A stretch of 6,516 nucleotides of DNA, taken from positions 1-6,516 of the IMG/VR virus record IMGVR_UViG_3300022758_000054, one strand, 5' to 3'. Source of the DNA: a virus. The number at the start of each line of letters is the position of its first letter. The stretch's first letter is position 1. The notes under the pieces are model-generated. The model saw nothing but the letters and a program-made list of their open reading frames with translations, made no database searches and was not told where the DNA came from. This document shows, in pieces, positions 4,944 through 6,516 of this stretch. The translations under genes and the position numbers were made by a program.

Positions 4944-6516
4944 TTAGTAAGGTACACCATCACGAGACAAGTTACGGGCAACATAGCAACCAATATAAGA
5001 GTTAACCAACAACTGGTCAGTATCCCAAGTAGAATCAGCATTAACACCGAAAATCGGGTCAAGAACAGAAGGATTGACCTTAAAGAACTTATAGTTCAAG
5101 GCAACCTTAGTTCCAGTATCAGGAGTAGAACCACCGAACCGTGCCCAACCGGAAAGAAGAGACTCGGTAACAGGAGAAACCCAAGATTTAAGAGTAGTAG
5201 TGAACGCCCCGTTGATTACATCAAGCTTGGTTTTCCAATTGAAATAACGGGGATTATATCCGGCATTAAACAAATTGAAAGCGGTAGCAAGCGGAGAGTT
5301 GAAAATCTGGGTCATGGGAAGAACTTCCATACCAATGTTATCAAACTCAGGAATCGGCAAAGACTCAGCATCAGTGACCAACAGCTGCCCGTCCTGACCA
5401 GTAATGGAATAATCAAGAAGAGGAACGGCATGATAAATACACATAACGACACAATGCTCGTCGGTCGTATATGTAAACGAACCATTACCAGCACCTACAC
5501 CCTTACCGGCAATAACAGCAGTATCACCTTCGGCAGCAAGGTTATTATTAACAACTTCACTGATATCAAGGTTACGGGAAATACCACCGATATAGGTGCA
5601 CATATTGGAAAGAGCCTGAGGTAAGTTCACACCAAAATGTTTACGAATCTGCTCACGATAATCAGAATCACCAGACTGGCTGATTTCTTTCCAACGTTGA
5701 AGAGCCTCGGCTTGACGAAGAGCAAGGACAGTAAATTGACTTTGCAAATTTGAAAGATCAACTTGAAGAGTGGAATTAGAAGGAATGACATTACTAGTAG
5801 AAGCGTCAATAGCTGAGAGAGATATCGGAGTAAGAGGAGCATTGTAAGAACCAGTAGTAGCTACTTGAGAAGAAGCAGCAGAGTTCGGACTCTTCAAAAA
5901 TACAGAAGAAGAGATAGTACCCTCAGTATTTGAAACATCAATCACAGCAACATCACCAAACTGAGAATTCGGAAGAACACCCATCAGCATATCCTTGTTC
6001 CAATTACAGTATTTGAGGTCAAACATTGTATCGGATTTCCAATAATCAGAAGTAGTTCCAGGAAGAGAGTCAACAAAAAAAGGTGAAACGCCGGAAAAAT
6101 AATCAACATTATAAGAAGAGGGATTTGAACTTTCCCATTGAGACCAGCGAAAAAAGTCCTGATAAATCTTCTGATAAGCAAGAAGAGGGAATAGATTCAC
6201 ACAATTATTCTGAATATATTGTTGAGTATAACTAACAGCATCATCAGTATTTTTTATAGAAGTAGACCACCAACGATTGCTAGAAGAAGGAGCGTCTTTC
6301 ATAAAGTTACCATAACCAAGATAACTCAACAACTTATAAGCTAAATCAGAACGGGAAAAACCAAAAGCGTTTTTTTTAGCAGAAGAAGCACCCGGAGACC
6401 AAGAATCACCATTCAAATAAACCAAAGCAGAGCCCAAATCGAACAACCTTAAAGACGGCAAATAAGTTCCAAGAGCCAAATTCTGAGTCAAAGACAACGC
6501 CTGAATCTGATTGACG
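4944..6516 (-). CDS. VP1: Major capsid protein VP1 (F-like), C-terminal part; open to the window edge, and 6390..6516 duplicates 1..127
   Basis: The track ORF 4944..6497 begins at a TTG only because the window ends; the frame stays open to 6516. It contains the conserved block FTVLALRQAEALQRWKEISQSGDSDYREQIRKHFGV, typical of Microviridae capsids. The stop TAA is at 4946..4944. Joined to 1..414, the gene is 1,860 nt (619 aa). Confidence 0.95.
   Translation of the reverse strand, partial: VNQIQALSLTQNLALGTYLPSLRLFDLGSALVYLNGDSWSPGASSAKKNAFGFSRSDLAYKLLSYLGYGNFMKDAPSSSNRWWSTSIKNTDDAVSYTQQYIQNNCVNLFPLLAYQKIYQDFFRWSQWESSNPSSYNVDYFSGVSPFFVDSLPGTTSDYWKSDTMFDLKYCNWNKDMLMGVLPNSQFGDVAVIDVSNTEGTISSSVFLKSPNSAASSQVATTGSYNAPLTPISLSAIDASTSNVIPSNSTLQVDLSNLQSQFTVLALRQAEALQRWKEISQSGDSDYREQIRKHFGVNLPQALSNMCTYIGGISRNLDISEVVNNNLAAEGDTAVIAGKGVGAGNGSFTYTTDEHCVVMCIYHAVPLLDYSITGQDGQLLVTDAESLPIPEFDNIGMEVLPMTQIFNSPLATAFNLFNAGYNPRYFNWKTKLDVINGAFTTTLKSWVSPVTESLLSGWARFGGSTPDTGTKVALNYKFFKVNPSVLDPIFGVNADSTWDTDQLLVNSYIGCYVARNLSRDGVPY

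Overview
The window is one complete, circularly permuted genome of a small ssDNA phage of the family Microviridae. It is shown as the reverse complement of the coding (viral) strand. Bases 1..127 are identical to 6390..6516, so the unit genome is 6,389 nt and the 127 nt are a circular assembly overlap. All convincing genes lie on the minus strand and are tightly packed. In minus-strand order they are: major capsid protein VP1 (starts at 414, runs off base 1, resumes at 6389 and ends at 4944, 619 aa in total); a 160-aa acidic scaffold-like protein (4929..4447); the VP2/H-like pilot protein (4447..3359); an unusually long 658-nt non-coding region (3358..2701); a 57-aa ORF; a 29-aa single-transmembrane peptide; a 102-aa peptidase-M15-like cell-wall hydrolase; and the HUH rolling-circle replication initiator VP4 (2139..442). 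VP1 N-terminal motifs (FTAK.GELLP, FTRTQP) and the absence of Shine-Dalgarno sequences suggest an Alpavirinae-like phage of a Bacteroidota host; this rests on my recollection of the motifs, not on a search. Two things deserve a second look. One is a possible holin-like peptide plus M15 endolysin lysis cassette, which is not canonical Microviridae lysis. The other is the long non-coding region, which carries five copies of a palindromic 16-nt core arranged in nested direct and tandem repeats next to a nested hairpin. I found no rRNA, tRNA, CRISPR array or transposable element.
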